Part shown: in pieces, positions 25,341-40,000 of the stretch
How positions within the stretch are numbered: position 1 is the stretch's first letter
Layout: every line of letters starts with the position of its first letter
DNA from: Okamejei kenojei
Taxonomy: Eukaryota
Reading direction: 5' to 3'
Assembly: GCA_035221665.1 (NCBI GenBank)
Contig: CM069133.1
Coordinates: forward strand, 146,754,001 to 146,818,000
DNA length: 64,000 nucleotides
Translations under genes and position numbers: made by a program
The notes under the pieces: generated by a model
Databases searched by the model: none
Seen by the model: the letters and a program-made list of their open reading frames with translations, nothing else
What the model was told of the DNA's origin: nothing

Positions 25341-28300
25341 AGCACGTTGCTTTGCTAAAATTGGAAATATTCATCCATATCAATTTTAAAACTATGCCAA
25401 ACGTTCTGGTACAATGAATCGCTATATGAAATATGACTATATATAATATATTGACCTGTTGAATTGCACGTGGGTAATCGTTTCAAACATTTATTTTCAG
25501 CTGAATTAGGTATTTAAACATTTACACAGTGCTCCAAAACTAATAACCGGCGCCACAATAGAACGGTTAGAATTCCACAATATTCATAAAATGTCCACTG
25601 CCTTAGATAATTTGAACACGCATTTGTTTATCTATTTTAACTTCACAGTTAATACTCCGTGCCTGCTTTTTTGCGCAATGGACAGCCATTTCAAATGGCA
25701 GACATTCCTTCTTCTATTAGCTTCATATCTCCCTTCACAACTCGTGCTGGAGACAACCTTGTCATGTGTCCAGCGAACCTGCTTAAACCCTTTTCACCTG
25801 GCTACGTTTTCTCTTGCAACCCTTCAAAGTCATCTCTAAATGATTCTTATTCTGTGTAGATCATTTGTCAACGTCAAAAATAGACTTGCTTCTATTTATT
25901 GAAAGAAAACTGTGATCCTATACAAGGAAAACCTTCCATGATACTTCCATGGAAATCAATATCATATCCAAAATATTTACCAATCATATGAGCCGCTTTC
26001 AAAAGTCTTGAATAAGTGAAAGCCAATACTATTTTAATCGATTGCGATCGGGAGAATTGAAAATCACACCTCAACATCTACGCAAGAATAACCTCTAAAT
26101 ACCTTATTCAACTGGAATTAATTTTAAACATTTAAATGAAACAAAGATATAGCTTATTTCTGCGTCAAAAATATTAGTTCGGTAAAATGCACAACAAATA
26201 GGACACGATAGGTTGAAACGAGGACGGCATGTTATCGTCTGATAATCCCGTTACATAACATTTATTTCTGGTCTTTGGCGAGAATAATGACAATGGAGCA
26301 AGCTGGGTTCTAATAAGTGATAACATCAATCTTAAGATGTTACCATTTGATCTCAGACGCAAAACTCAAACGCAAATTGGAAATAAAATTGTGCCCATTA
26401 AACAGAAAACACTGATATTAGACTTCCTAATGACACTCAGAACATTTTTATTTTCACAACTGAATTTTACACCTAACATTATAACATTGCACGACTCCAG
26501 AACTGAAAACAAACGGCGTTAAATGGAGGAATGTAAAGAGTCGGGTGATAAACATTCGTTAACTGATTATTATTTTTTGTTTCATTTAAATTAGTACTTC
26601 GATTTTCCAAATATAGTATAAATTAAAAATAATGTCTTCAAACTTTAATTCCAGCTCAATTCAGATGCAATTCCTTATAAACTCTCCCAACCCTATTTTC
26701 TTTGATTTGTTCACATAATCGATATGTTTGACTTTGAACTGATCAAACCACTTTGCTTTGAGTCAGAACATTGAGTTCGCTGTTTGAAGCACAGGGCAGC
26801 CGACGTGTTTTAAAATAATTTTGCGTGGGGGATTGAGGGGCAAAGAACAACTGTTACAATTTTCTTTTATTTTTAATTTTATAAATTACGAAAATAATGT
26901 GGATATTAACGATGTTAACGGCGTTTGAACTCTGACAAGACAAATAAGGGAAAACGTCATTCAGTCCCACTTCGGATTAAACACCTATATTAGATTAATA
27001 AACCTCAGATATTTTATGTTAATATTAATCAAGCTCTTTGAAATATATCAATTTTATAGCTGACAATAACTTTAACCTTCGATGTTTTTAACGGGGCATT
27101 TAATCGTTCAATAAATCAAATTAACGTTGTGTTTACTTTCTCCCCCTATAGTTGCTGGTTGCTGTGGGAGTGCAGGTGTGTCGTGGCCGAACTCTAGTGC
27201 CAACACCCCGGCGCTTCTGTTATAGACCGGCCTGCGCTCTGCGGTGGGTTTCGTGCCACCTAGTTACAATGCAGCTGCTGTCGCGTTCTCTACCGATTTC
27301 TCTTTTCAAGCCAACTAACAAGATGTAAATATAACATTCGGAATAAAATGTAAAACGGTGATTAACGAGGGTTAAAATTAATGTTAATGTACCTGAATGT
27401 ATTTCGTCTGTTCACTTTTTGAAGGACAGTCTGACATGATTGCTAACATAACTGGCCATACCTTTTGGATTTAAACAGCGTTTGACAAATTGATGCAATT
27501 ATTTCGCACAAAATACCTATCTATATTATCAAGCATATTGGAACAGATTGATTATATACTTTGAAACTTAGATTGATTGTAAATTCATTGAAACAATTTC
27601 AAACGCCCCTTCCGCCGAGTCTCATTTTAAAAACGCTATCATAGTAACTCTGAAATGGTGTGAATTATGGCTGATTTATAACTAACATTCGTGGTTTTAA
27701 AATGTTTTATTATTTTGTATTAATACTATAAGATTAATTCTGCGCATACACCAAGTGACAACTGCAGTCCAGTAAAGAGTACATAGAGATGCGTCCTCGC
27801 TAATGTGGGTGAAAGTTGATTGCCCCGGCATTGAACGTGGTTTGCTATTACTCAGAACCGAAACTCGTTATTATTAATTCGCTTGTTCCTCTTGTGCAGG
27901 GTTCAAGGGAACATCTAACGCGGAAAGACTAATTCTGCGATCTTTAGTCAAAGCTTCATTTGATATTGCAAATCGAATTTTTCTGCCAGATCGATAAATA
28001 CAATTAGTTGCTGCAACCCCCCTGGCAAATTATTTTATAAAAGCAAATGTGATACATTTCTGCATGGAAAACTACCTCCGTGTTTATTAGATGCAAGGGA
28101 TAAAGTACTTATCATTTCATTGGTTAGCGTTGCCTGACTTACGCGAAGAAGTTCCGTTCTTATTAGAAATATACCGAGTTCATGGTTAAACTCTCAATAA
28201 TTAACCTCCTCGATCTCAAACGGGACGTGACCACAGTGTTGCTGCTCAAAAAGTCACAGGTTGTTGAGCATTTTGCATGTAAAGTTGAAAGATAACATAT

Positions 28301-28741
28301 TTGATTGGCGAACATAATTTATGAGAGATTCATAAAGTTTAATTCTTCCAGCATTTTACATTCATGGATGTAAAATGTACCACATGCCAGTACATGTATT
28401 GTTCAGGATAGTTTTGACTGTTGTAACGCAGATATGGCAATAAACTCCGGTGCCTACAGCTACAGCTGTTTTTAGTGTGAAATCTAATTTAGCGAAACAA
28501 TTATTGAGCAATATCTGCTGTGATCTGCATCGACTGTGGACGTGGTGGGGAGCGGGGGGGGGGGGGGGGGGGGGGGGATCAAACGGAATATAACCAACCG
28601 GAAAGTGGGATTGTACTGAAAATGGAAAACACCTGGACAGCTGTGTATGTGCGTGAATGTGTTTAAAATAAATCTTACAGTGAAACAGTTTAAAACAATG
28701 TTTTCAACTTGTCATCCGGTTCTTATTCGGTTCTCGAAATT

Positions 28742-28775
28742 GCGCGCCACCTAGCCCACAGAATATGAAACTACA
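28742..28775 (-). promoter_or_regulatory. CTCF-like site with upstream motif
   Basis: Minus strand TGTAGTTTC-ATATTC-TGTGGGCTAGGTGGCGCGC: core-like sequence plus a TGCAG-like upstream module at 6 bp spacing. Confidence 0.5.
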
Positions 28776-31700
28776 GAGCAGCACCACACATGCTGCCTTC
28801 AACACACGATGAGGAAAACGTCCCCGAAGATCACAACACTGCGCAGATAGTGCACCCACCATGCAAATGGTGAAGGGAAATAAATGGAAATAAATCATTG
28901 CGATACTTGTGGAAAATATCAACTGGTTGCAATCATTTAACTAGATTAATTCGCAAAGTCAATCAAGCTACGTACCAAACAAATGTGGGCTGAGTGTCAA
29001 TGTTGGTCTATTCATTTATCTAACAGGTTACTTTGTTTCATGAATATATGCAATAAATGGCAAAAACTATACACAACTATCTAAATGAATATGCTGTCAT
29101 TTGATTGTTAAATTTAATTACGAATCTTAAATTTTAAAGCACAAGACATGTATATATACAAAAAGCTTAAGATTCTAATGTTATAATCAAAGGCTTAAAG
29201 GGTGCTTAATCCACATTCGTGAATTTATTGTATAAAAGCAATAAATCGTGCAAATAGATTATATTATATTACATCATGACATAGATAACACGTCGGTTTT
29301 AACGTCCGTGCCAATTCATCAGGTAAAATAATAACATATTTATTATATTAATAATATTAATTCAGTTATCCTTCAGCTGTAATTTTGCTCACACCAATGG
29401 ACAAAAAAGATGCACGAGCGTCGTGCAAAACCAACTGGAAGCTGCGTTTCCATGAAGCAACGGAGCCCCAAATTGTTTATTTGTCAGTAAAATAGCGCAA
29501 GCAAGCTCAGCAAAAATTGTAAGTATTTATTTGTTTATCTAAAACATTTAAATTAAGTAAATTATTTCCAAATATCATAGTTATTAGCCTATGCAACAAC
29601 ATACAATGCATCTTCGATACTCATTGCATTGCTTGCTCATAAACCCCCAGTGCTGGGATGCGATGACCTATTGTAGTTTTGTGACACGCATATACTTTAT
29701 TGAAATTAAATACAAATTAAAAAAAAGAATGGTCCTGCCAATTTCCTGTACTTTAATGTACTAGGAGTCTTCTACAGATAAAGTTTTCTAATGATAAAAT
29801 AATGCTAAACGGGTATATTTCTATAACTGCGATGCAAAAAAGAATCGTGTAGAAGAACAGGAGCGATTGCACTAAAGAACTCAACCGTTTCTAAAACATT
29901 GTAAATGAATTCTGGTCTTGCTCTCAAAAGCATTCTCATTATTTCATCTTGATACTGTTAGTGAACAGTGATATAACTTCTGTAACGGGTTTTCCATTAA
30001 AGGAAACATCTACTCGGTTTCGTGCTAAACTGCGCTGCAATGGTTTAATGTAACTATGTTGAATTTATTTTTAAGATGTTGTAATTTTAGGCCACGGGAA
30101 CAACGAATTTCCACATGGGTTCAATGATCTGTTCCTGCCAGTCGTAATAATATTCCAACAAACGTTGCTCAGTAGTTCATTTGAATTAAATTGGCCATCG
30201 GACAACGGCAGGAAAGCGTGCGCGGACTCTTATCTAGCAGTTATGAAAGAGAAAGGGGGCGATGAAACAAAGAAACGAAAAGGGAATTTTGAAATAAGCA
30301 AGACTAGCTGCCAAAAGCTTCTTCGGGGATTGTTAGTCACTGCTCATCATTCCTAATGCGATTATTCGTGTTATCGCATTCGAAGTATTTAACCAAGGAT
30401 GGGCACGTCCATCCTGTTATTAATTTGGTTAGATATCAATGGTAAATCCTATCTATGATTCCAATAAAAGCAAATCCTATAGAGTACGTTTTAAGTAAGT
30501 AATCACTTATATTCTTCTTCTCAAAAGATACAGCGCAGGGGGGAAGGTATTCAATATGTACACTAACCAGAATGATGATCAAATTGTTATAAGCTGACAA
30601 TATATTTCACCAAAAACATTAGTGTAAAAAAACCCTCACTAAATTAGAATACCCGTTTCAATTTTCGATTAGCCGTAGATTGCATAATGGGTTAATGGTT
30701 GACAGAAAATGCAATAACATTATAACTGTACGCTAGATGTCTTTTTTTTATAACAGTGAATGTAGAGTGTGGATTAACATCGATTTATTGCATTAAGAAG
30801 CAAAGAGCATAGATGCCAACGGCGTTCAGCTCGAGTTCATCAGGACGTCAGCAAATATTCCTGTAATGATCAGGTGGCAGCAGAGCTGCCATTACTTTTT
30901 GTTCACGGTTATGCACCAATTGTTTGATTCTCCTCCAGTTGTACTGGTGTTGGAAATACTGTTGCTGAGTGAGTGAAGAATGGTATCGAGAAAGATTAGG
31001 CAAAATAAGTGAGATCAATTGTAAACAATATAAAGAGGATGCTTAACGCCTGTCGAAATGTTCTTTTTAGTAAGGGGTGTTAATTCCATGCTGCCGGCGC
31101 AGTAATATTTGCCATTCCATATTAGGCAATCGGTAAATTAAATATTCAGCAGGAGCTGAATAAAAAAATATTGTCTAAATTAGAGGTGCATGCCTCAGCT
31201 GTATAGTCGTGCGGTGTATAGTTGCATACGGTTGTGGAGAATGAATTGTGACACCACGCCTTACCTTTACACTGTCTATATATCAAACGTCCCCACTTAC
31301 CCCATCTACATGGTGCTGAACGCAGGGGATTTCAAACTTACTTTGATGTGCTTCAGAATACTGAACTTCACCTGAATGTTTAGCTCCCCCTCCTCCTCCT
31401 GTTCCTTATTAAAGCCACCTTATTCCTTCTGTCCACAGATAGCTATTTAAACTGTCCTTTGTCCTTCCGTGTGCTGTCTTTATAATGTTATGGAAAGCGT
31501 GAGTTACATTTTCACACAGTAATCACGTGCAAAGTTCGAGGGACGTTAATGTATAATCCGAAGAACAACAATTTGTAAACCGAATGCAACTGGCTGAATA
31601 ATCACCGAAACGTCAGATTTTCTTTTTCTCGTCCTCCACGGAAAGAATATTTGAAATATGTGCAGCATTTGAATCGTTAGAAGAAGACTACACGGAAGTA

Positions 31701-31899
31701 TGGTTCTGAAGTTAAATAACCGCGATAATACAAAGGCTGGTTAAACTGTGAAAGAAACTTTCCTATAAACTTTAGTTTGAGAGAATTTTCGTAGCTCCCC
31801 TTTCCTTTGTACTTAAGTCTCCCTTTCAGAAAGTGAGTATTCACAAAGACGTCTCTAAATAGTGCCTTGAAAGGTGTTCACATGAGGACACTGTCTCCT

Positions 31900-33010
31900 T
31901 TCTAGTAAAAGAGAGCGAAGATCTGACAGGTTTTGTTGTCAGTAGTATAGTGAGAGCTTTGTAAGATATTCGTTTTTCTTTCTCTAAATGCTCCAACTTA
32001 ATAAAGACCCCCTGTCTTAAAGCGTGCATGCCCCCGCTGTCCCTGTCCACCCCGTGTCCAGCCTGTCCCAAAATTCCCCACGTGATGTCTGCTAACATCA
32101 TTTTAATGATTTTGTCAACATACACAGAATTAATTTTCATAAAAATGAAAATGTAAAACGACCAACGTCCAATGCGAGTATGTTCCTAACACCCACCCCA
32201 CAACCGCCATCCCCACCCACCCCTTCCAAATGCCCCGATGTTGAGTAAGAAAGATTGCTCCTTGACTCTAAATTCATCCCATGTCAAAAGAAAGGATTTC
32301 AAACCTGCAAAAAAAATTGCCCCATTCAGATTAGGAGCGTTTATTTCTTGCTTGGCCTTTGAACAGAGGGGTCATGTCACTCAGGAAAAGGCTATTCCTT
32401 CCCTCTCCCTCTCCCCCTCGCCACAACGACACCGTTCACTAGCTCGCACTCGAAACCAACCTCGACCCGGGCTGGCTTTAAGGCAACATGCCACAAAGAT
32501 TAAAGATTTGGCATTTTACAAGAGGACGAGGTGCTCCTGTAATCATAGCAACGGTATGTAGGCCAGAAAGTGCTACCTAACAGCTAGTGATGTCCTCCCT
32601 GGAGCGCTCCAGTCTCAGCCATGTAGGATTTTTATCGACTATTGCTGCTTCGCTCCATACCAAGTCTCTCTATGAATTAACATTAAATATGGCTGACTCA
32701 ATAACAGCAATAAGCCAAATATATTAAAAAAAAGGCGATGTGGCCAGCGAGGCGTCATCACCTGGCGCATCTATATTAAAAAGCGCCTCGCTTACGTTAT
32801 GCTATTGGAGGCATTATTTGTTAGTCTTCATTCTGTTTATTTTTACGGACTTTGCTTGGCTATGCAGAAAAATGTATGTTGACGGGAACGTTTAGTAGTG
32901 GATTATTTACGAGGGAATCAGGGGGTCAAGTTCTGGTCTAAGTGGCACATCTGCGAAACATTGAGGCTACTAATTCACCAAAGGCTGCGTGGCTTTTATT
33001 GTAGACATAT
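31900..33010. promoter_or_regulatory. Candidate enhancer / conserved non-coding cluster downstream of NR2F1
   Basis: Motif-dense non-coding block: TGACAG, CCTTTGAA (TCF/LEF), GGGGTCA half-sites, TGACTCA (AP-1), several TAAT/ATTA cores. Confidence 0.4.
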
Positions 33011-34959
33011 TGGGGAATTAGCAAGAGTCCGAGTCCCCCCTTCGCAAGGGGGAGGGGGCCTGATTATATCATGATGTATTGCTGGCTCCGCGTTCAATCT
33101 GTAACACTGCAGCTAAAACGTGAAGACGGAAAAAAAATCTAACAAAACACTCTAGCCATCCATTATGAAGAAAAATAGGTGCCATGCTGAGAAATTAGGT
33201 AAATAAATTCTAAATTAGAAGAATATTAACCACAACATCATTCACACAGCACCATGCCTGTCTGTCCTGATGTGCAATTAAATTAAAGCAAATTCACGTT
33301 AGAACGTATCCCGCGTGATGCCGGCTACACTTCACAAACATGCCCACTTTACGCTCTTTATCTCCGTCGTCGATCTGATGCAGCAATGCTTATTTTGGGA
33401 CGGAGGGACGAGGGAGAGCGGGGGTTATGCTATATTAAATCTAAAAAGACTATGAATGGTTCCAGCTTTATCTCATAAAACTGTCCCGAATGTTCAAAGC
33501 GAATGCGCGCCAGTTCATCAATTTCTCCTTTCCTTTTAAAACGATTCAACATTTACAATAGACCTACCTCGCTCATGTCACTGCAAGAAGGCAGATGTTA
33601 TTTTTTCATACGTTTCTTGCAGTGACTAGGTACATGCATTGCGTTGAAAATATTCCACTCGGTTCATATTGTTTGCTAAATGATTGTATATATGAAGCTG
33701 AAAAGAAAATGGTGTGATTCAGATCAATCAAACAAGCGTATGTGATTTTATTTTTACCTCAGGGAAATGACTAAAATGTTCAGAAATAAAAAGAAAGTGT
33801 CCTATCGCCCTAGTTGAAAACGTTGTGTATGTTATTTATTTTAAAGCGTAGGTATCTACCGGTCTACAATACAATTCAAATATATGTGCGCAGTTTAAAA
33901 AAAAATGTTTTATCTCAATTGGTTGACCTGTGATTGGTATAGTGACAGCCCAGTGTTCGGATTAGTTGTGTGTATATAGTAATCTATAGAGGGAGCGAGA
34001 GACCGTTATTAGATGCAAGCGCCAGTGACTTCTCAATACGTCTGCATTAAAACAAGCCACGATAAAATTGGTCTCAGCAGGGTGCATCATTGCAACATAA
34101 TGTTTCCAAATAACATTTAAAGAGATAGTTGATCATAGAGTTAAAATTACAGACTAGCTGCAGTGTACTCAAAACGTCTGACACTATTGAAGATTGCCCA
34201 GGTGTTAGCAGAGCCAGTCAGGCTCATGTTTAATTTTCCACATGTGAGTGTAATGAGGAATACGTCAGATGTATCGAGCCTCAAACACTCCGTAGTCCAA
34301 ACCGCATCTCTATACACGCGGTTAATGTGCCCTACACGAGAAGAAGAATTGTTTGCACATTTAATTAAGTAAATATGTCCACATATACGATTTGTGCACA
34401 GTAGAGGATGTCTTTACAAATGTGTTGACGTCACTGTGATCAGAGTGTGTAGCAGAAGGAATCTCCTGACGTTTCCACTGACTGTTTAAGGTTTCACCCT
34501 GTTTATACTCGCAGTGCCGAGGCTACAGCGACATTACAACCGAAAGCATCTCATTTATCCGCTTGAACTTCAAGTGAAGTGTCTCCATTCTGCCCTTCGT
34601 TAGTGGTCTGCATGGTTCCATTTACTTTACCATTCCCTGCACCCCAAACTAGTCCTTCTTCCACAAATCAACCTCCCACCCGCCACCCATCCAATCAACT
34701 ATATTTTTCCCTCATTTGAGTTTGCATTTTTAATTATCATTCTTTTAGAACTCTGTTTTTAATGGCATTTCACACAATTCGTAAATATGTTTCCATGTAA
34801 ATTCGCTAGGCTTGTTCCACAACCGTGCCGTTATAAATCTTTTACTTTTGTTTGCTATCTTTTACTTTCATTTCCGTCTGTCTCTTCTCCTTTTCTCTGT
34901 CGCGCGCACGTACACACACACTCACACACACGTAAATATAACTGAGATGCACATGCCAC

Positions 34960-35900
34960 GTGTTGATAAATCTGTACTTAATGACAACCTAACTCCAATC
35001 TCAATAGAAATAAAGCGCTTACTTTTTGCAGACATCCCCCTCTGGCCGCTGCCTTCTTTAATTATGTGTGCTACATCTCTTCCCTGTGGAAAAAAAGCCT
35101 GGTGTTTTGGATGCAATCTCGGTGCAATGTTTTTTTTTGAGAAGGGACTTACTGCTCCAAACCCAAACGCTTCCAGTTAAGTGCAGATTGAGACATATCG
35201 GGTTCCTTATAAAAGGATCATTTCATGTGGGAGGTTGGACACAAAGTTTGGACTCGTGACTTGCATTCCTGAGCGACATGCATATTTTAAAACAACAAAG
35301 CAAGCGAGGAACAAGGCTTAGAGCAAAACAAAAACTTGGACGTCTGAGCGATGAGAATTACTGTTTAAAAAATATCACATAACTGCTGTTCTTTCGCGCG
35401 GATAATGTATGTTGCAAATTTGTGAGAATCTTGCTTCAATTATTTTAATTGTTGATTGCTTTGTCTCTTAAGGTTTATTTGGAAAGGGCATTTGGTTAAA
35501 ATATGCAACAGTTAAAACAAGTCACGAAGAAGGCAGACTGACATATTTACCATTGCATGGTGATACCGGTTGGGTGCATCAGTAAAACGTGAAGTACTTT
35601 CCCAGACTCAGCACGTTGATCCTGACTTGGCGTATAATGACTCCGTTCTTATGTAATGAGTGTAGTTATTAATGGGAAATCAAATGAGAGAAACTCGGGC
35701 GAAATAGTGACAGCTGAATAAATGGACAGCGTCACACGGCGTGTGAAACCACAATTTAATGCTTGGTGCCAAAAATGCGCCTGATTGCTTTATTCATTTC
35801 ATTCATTTAACATGTGATTATCAAGGTAATAAATGAAAAGGACAAATCCGGACGAAATATCATGTAGGCCACATGAACATGTGCCCCGTGCAGCTCTAGA
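34960..35900. promoter_or_regulatory. Candidate conserved non-coding elements
   Basis: Complex non-repetitive blocks with TTAATTA, TGACAG, TGATTG and AAACCACA (RUNX-like) motifs; inference only. Confidence 0.3.
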
Positions 35901-36750
35901 CACGGCTGTGTTCTTCTCTAGACCGGATCGATTATTATTTCTGCCATAAAACACCGTTTGCAACATGTGTGCAAATTTGTGCCCCAGCAGAAAATAAAAT
36001 GAAGACGAAATGAAGGAACAAATAGCGAGGACGTGGATATCTCTGTTAGTTGTCAGTGCGGGTCCATGGGCCGAGAATGCTAATGTGGCTCTGCGTGCAA
36101 ACTGAAGCTGCGTGTCTGTGTGTGCAGCGATCGATACCTGACCCATTGGTTTGGGCAATGTTTTATCTAGCCAAGCAATGATATTATCACCCCTGAACGT
36201 TATATACAGCAAACGTCTTCCTAAATCAACACAAATGGTTCGCTTACAGAATGCATCTCTGCAGCCCCATTTCACAAGATCCTTTACGGATGGGGTGCTT
36301 AATATCCGGTACATTTATTTTTAATCCATTGCCGCAGTTTGATCTGAGATTCTGGGCATGTACATACACAATTATGCAGACGTTATCATGCTCGGTAACG
36401 GTTTGGGTCATGATAGGTGACCTGTATTTGAGGGGAGGTGGGATGGGGAGGAGGTGGATGAAGTGGGTGGGGGTGGTTTTCATAGCTGGTTGCTGGGGTG
36501 GGGTGGGACGGGCGAGGGAGAAAGACAGAAGCCACAATGTTTTTTTTATATTTTGCTGGGAAGTCCATTTTAAAGTTTAAACCCAGTTGTCACGTAAGCG
36601 GCGATTATATCAGACCATTCTCATGAGCTGTTTAAGAAAGAAAACACATCTGCAATCCAGAGCAATGTTGTTGACCAAGCAATCTGAATGATCTAACATG
36701 TGTTACCCAACCTCACTCCAATCTACTCTCCACATAATGCCCATCCCAGT

Positions 36751-36751
<1 letters not shown>

Positions 36752-36785
<34 letters not shown>
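36752..36785. repeat. (CA)n microsatellite
   Basis: Direct reading. Confidence 0.95.
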
Positions 36786-36946
36786 GATACGTCCGCCTAC
36801 AGCATGACTATTTTTCTTCATAAAGTGAAATACCCTTTGCATTGCAATAACCATTGAACAGTTCGCATGGCGCCATGCCATACATGTGATCATTTGGATC
36901 GTGATAAAACGGACAATAATTATTTGCGCAGATATTTGGAAAAGGT

Positions 36947-37072
36947 TTTAAAGAAGGAACTGCAGATGCTGGAGAATCGAGGGTACACAAAAAGCTGGAG
37001 AAACTCAGCGGGTGCAGCAGCATCTAAGGAGCGAAGGAGATAGGCGACGTTTCGGGTCGAGACCCTTCTTCT
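36947..37072 (-). mobile_element. Short Penelope-terminus insertion
   Basis: Reverse complement of the Penelope 3' end with a short extra tail; 14-bp duplication TATTTGGAAAAGGT (36933-36946 and 37073-37086). Confidence 0.9.
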
Positions 37073-40000
37073 TATTTGGAAAAGGTGTTGTCTTCTAAAT
37101 ATACGATGTTCGACTGCGTTTTTTTTTGTTTGACTGAGCAAAGGCCGAAAGAAAACTTATCACTGTTTGAAAATGAGATCCCTATGCCAACAATGTTGAA
37201 TAGCAATTAAATAAATGGCGATCGTGCCTCTCTTTAATCAGAAGGACCGCAGAAGGACCTAATGGAGTTCCCAGTGGCTGACACGCCACGAATCCGGGTT
37301 GTGCACTTGTCCACTCTCTTCTAAAGATACTGAAATGTGTGATGTGAACTTTTTCAGGCTGATTTTTTTTATGGAGTGGGTGGACGCTGGAATTCGGATT
37401 CATCGGTGTGGGGTTTGAAACGTTTTCCTGACAAGTGGGTATAATAAATGAGAGTCGCTTTCAGATGGATATCTCAGACGTGAAATTGCGCCCAGCTGGT
37501 TGTGTAAGAAACAAATAGTTTCATGTAAGACTCTCGACTTGTAGGTTGATGAATAGAACACGACATCGGTAAATGGGTCTTTAACTCATTGAGGAATAAA
37601 ACTCTTGGCTCTCTAAGTGAAAGACACGGAGACGCCATGTACCCAGAACAAGTCGCTATTTAAAAAAAGAGTTTTATTAGTTTCCACTCCTTCACCCACA
37701 TTTTGCCATTAATTTCAAATGTCACTCAATTACAATGGTCACTAGATCATCAGTGCAAAAATTAAACGAGTCCTAACTTGCACCACACGCACGGAGATTA
37801 ATGGGTTCGGATGTGCGAGAATGTAACAAATAAAACGCACTTTTCCTATTTGCCAAGTAGCATTTATGTGTAAAATAAAACCACCCTTCTTGACAAGTAC
37901 GACGAGGTGGGTGCGTCCAATCTGCGAGTTTTTGAACACTACCTACTTTTCAGGATTAATCTCAACCCTCCGCTTTCTCCAAAACCATATTGAATATAAC
38001 ACCAAGGGATTCGCTCTGCAGCTCACAATCAGGCCGATCAAATATCGTTTTAATCTGTTAGTGTTAAAGCGTTCTCAAACTGCAAGAAAAAGTGGCAGGA
38101 GTTAAGCGGTGAAAATAGACAGGTGGAATGAAAATAAATTCAATTCGCTCAACTTGAACCGCGATAAACAATTTAAAATAAATGGTTCAAACAACAGACA
38201 TACAGTACTTAGCCTTTATATAGTTAGATCCCTAAGGGACTTCCTTTTTGATTTTTTAAACAAACATTATGGTTACATCAGCTTAAAATACACCTGAAAA
38301 CACCAGCAATCCATTGGAGAACCTGAAATCAGCTAAAAGGTGGGGGCATTAATTGTCATATGAGGCGGTGTAAGGGGGGATATGGAGGGTGTGCTGTGGT
38401 GAATTAAGTGGTGAAGTTAAAAGCTAAAATGGTAAAGGGGACATAAAAGTAAGATAAATGAAGCCGAGAGGAATATAAAAATAAGTCTCCGAGGTGAATT
38501 CGGGACATAAACGCGAGTCTACACAAGTGTGAATAGTCAGGGACAAACAGAGATTCCAGCAATGCTTCAGGAAAGTGGGTTCAAGAATTCCAAGAAACAA
38601 GAGGAAAGATGTGGTGTTTCAGTAGGTATAGTCCAAACAGTGAGTTTCACAATACAACATTGAGGAATATGAAAGACATGACGAGCGCTTAAATGAGAAT
38701 CGAAGCAAACACGGGATTGGGGAATGATGTTTGTGATAATTCAGGGCAAAAGTATGGGGCGGAATGGAGGATGAGACCCAACTGAATTCTGCATCAACAC
38801 CACAATAATTTAACATATACATATTTTCTTCTTTTTAAAAATAAGAAGTGCTATGTTTTGTGAAATAATAAAACATATTTCCAAACTGAACATCATTTAT
38901 TATAAGAACAATACACAGCTGGCTTCATGTTTTATTAAAAAGTACAGTAACATACACTCATCCTGCATTTAATTGTTCAGACTCATGTTCGGATTAATTT
39001 ATGCAATGGTGGCAATATATCCCCCCCCCCCCCCCCCCCCCCTTCATCAATTACCAGTCTCCATTTTCTTAAACATGTAACACCTCTTCTTCAAAAAAGG
39101 ACCAGCTTTACAATTTCAGTTGCAGGTATGTAAATCTCGGGATATGTTATTGCTCCAACTATTACCTAACTCCGCCTCCTAAATCACCCTTTAAACTTGC
39201 TAGATTGTTGGATTATTTTAATTTCTGAAACATCTTTCCTTAATTCCGGGTCTTATTTCATTTAGAGTTTATTCCAAAGGCATGACACTAATCCATCCTC
39301 TCACTAACCACGCTGCAAAGACAATGGCTAAAAGTCACGATGTCACAGCGTGTTTGATCCTTCTCCGTAAAATAATTTGAGAATCCTGCTTTTAACTGCA
39401 GAAGAATTTATTGGGGAGAAAAGAACAGCATGATTAGAAATTAAATAATTTGCGAAATTTTATTAAAAATAGGTAATTAACAGAAAGGAGCACTTAAATT
39501 GGGAAACAGTAGTGTGTGGAAATGTGTTTTATTACACAAAAAATTCACAATGTTGATAGAAATAAATCATTATGGTACGCAGACTACAGGTAAATAATAC
39601 AAATATAAGTAGCTGGAGACAACCTCCAGGACACGCAAGTACAGTCTACGTACCAGGCAGATTGGCCACACACTATATACTTTCCAGCTTTTTTGTAAAA
39701 TAAATTTGAACGACAGAAATTGAACTATGGATGTTGTGGCCAACATGCTTTGTTTCTGTTCCGCTTTTACGTGTAAAGACTGAAAATGGTCGGTAGACAA
39801 TGTTATTTTAGGTAATGCTTTTAATGCTTTTAAGACGCCATATTTGTTTGCTACCATCTGGTATAAATGATTATGGCTTCACATGCGATCAAAGCATTTG
39901 AGTGGACCACGGTTTCTCCAAGAGGTGGACAGCCTTTAATATAAATATGTTCGTCATCCTCAATGCAATCGGCGATATACTGAGCATCGTCAAACGTAAC

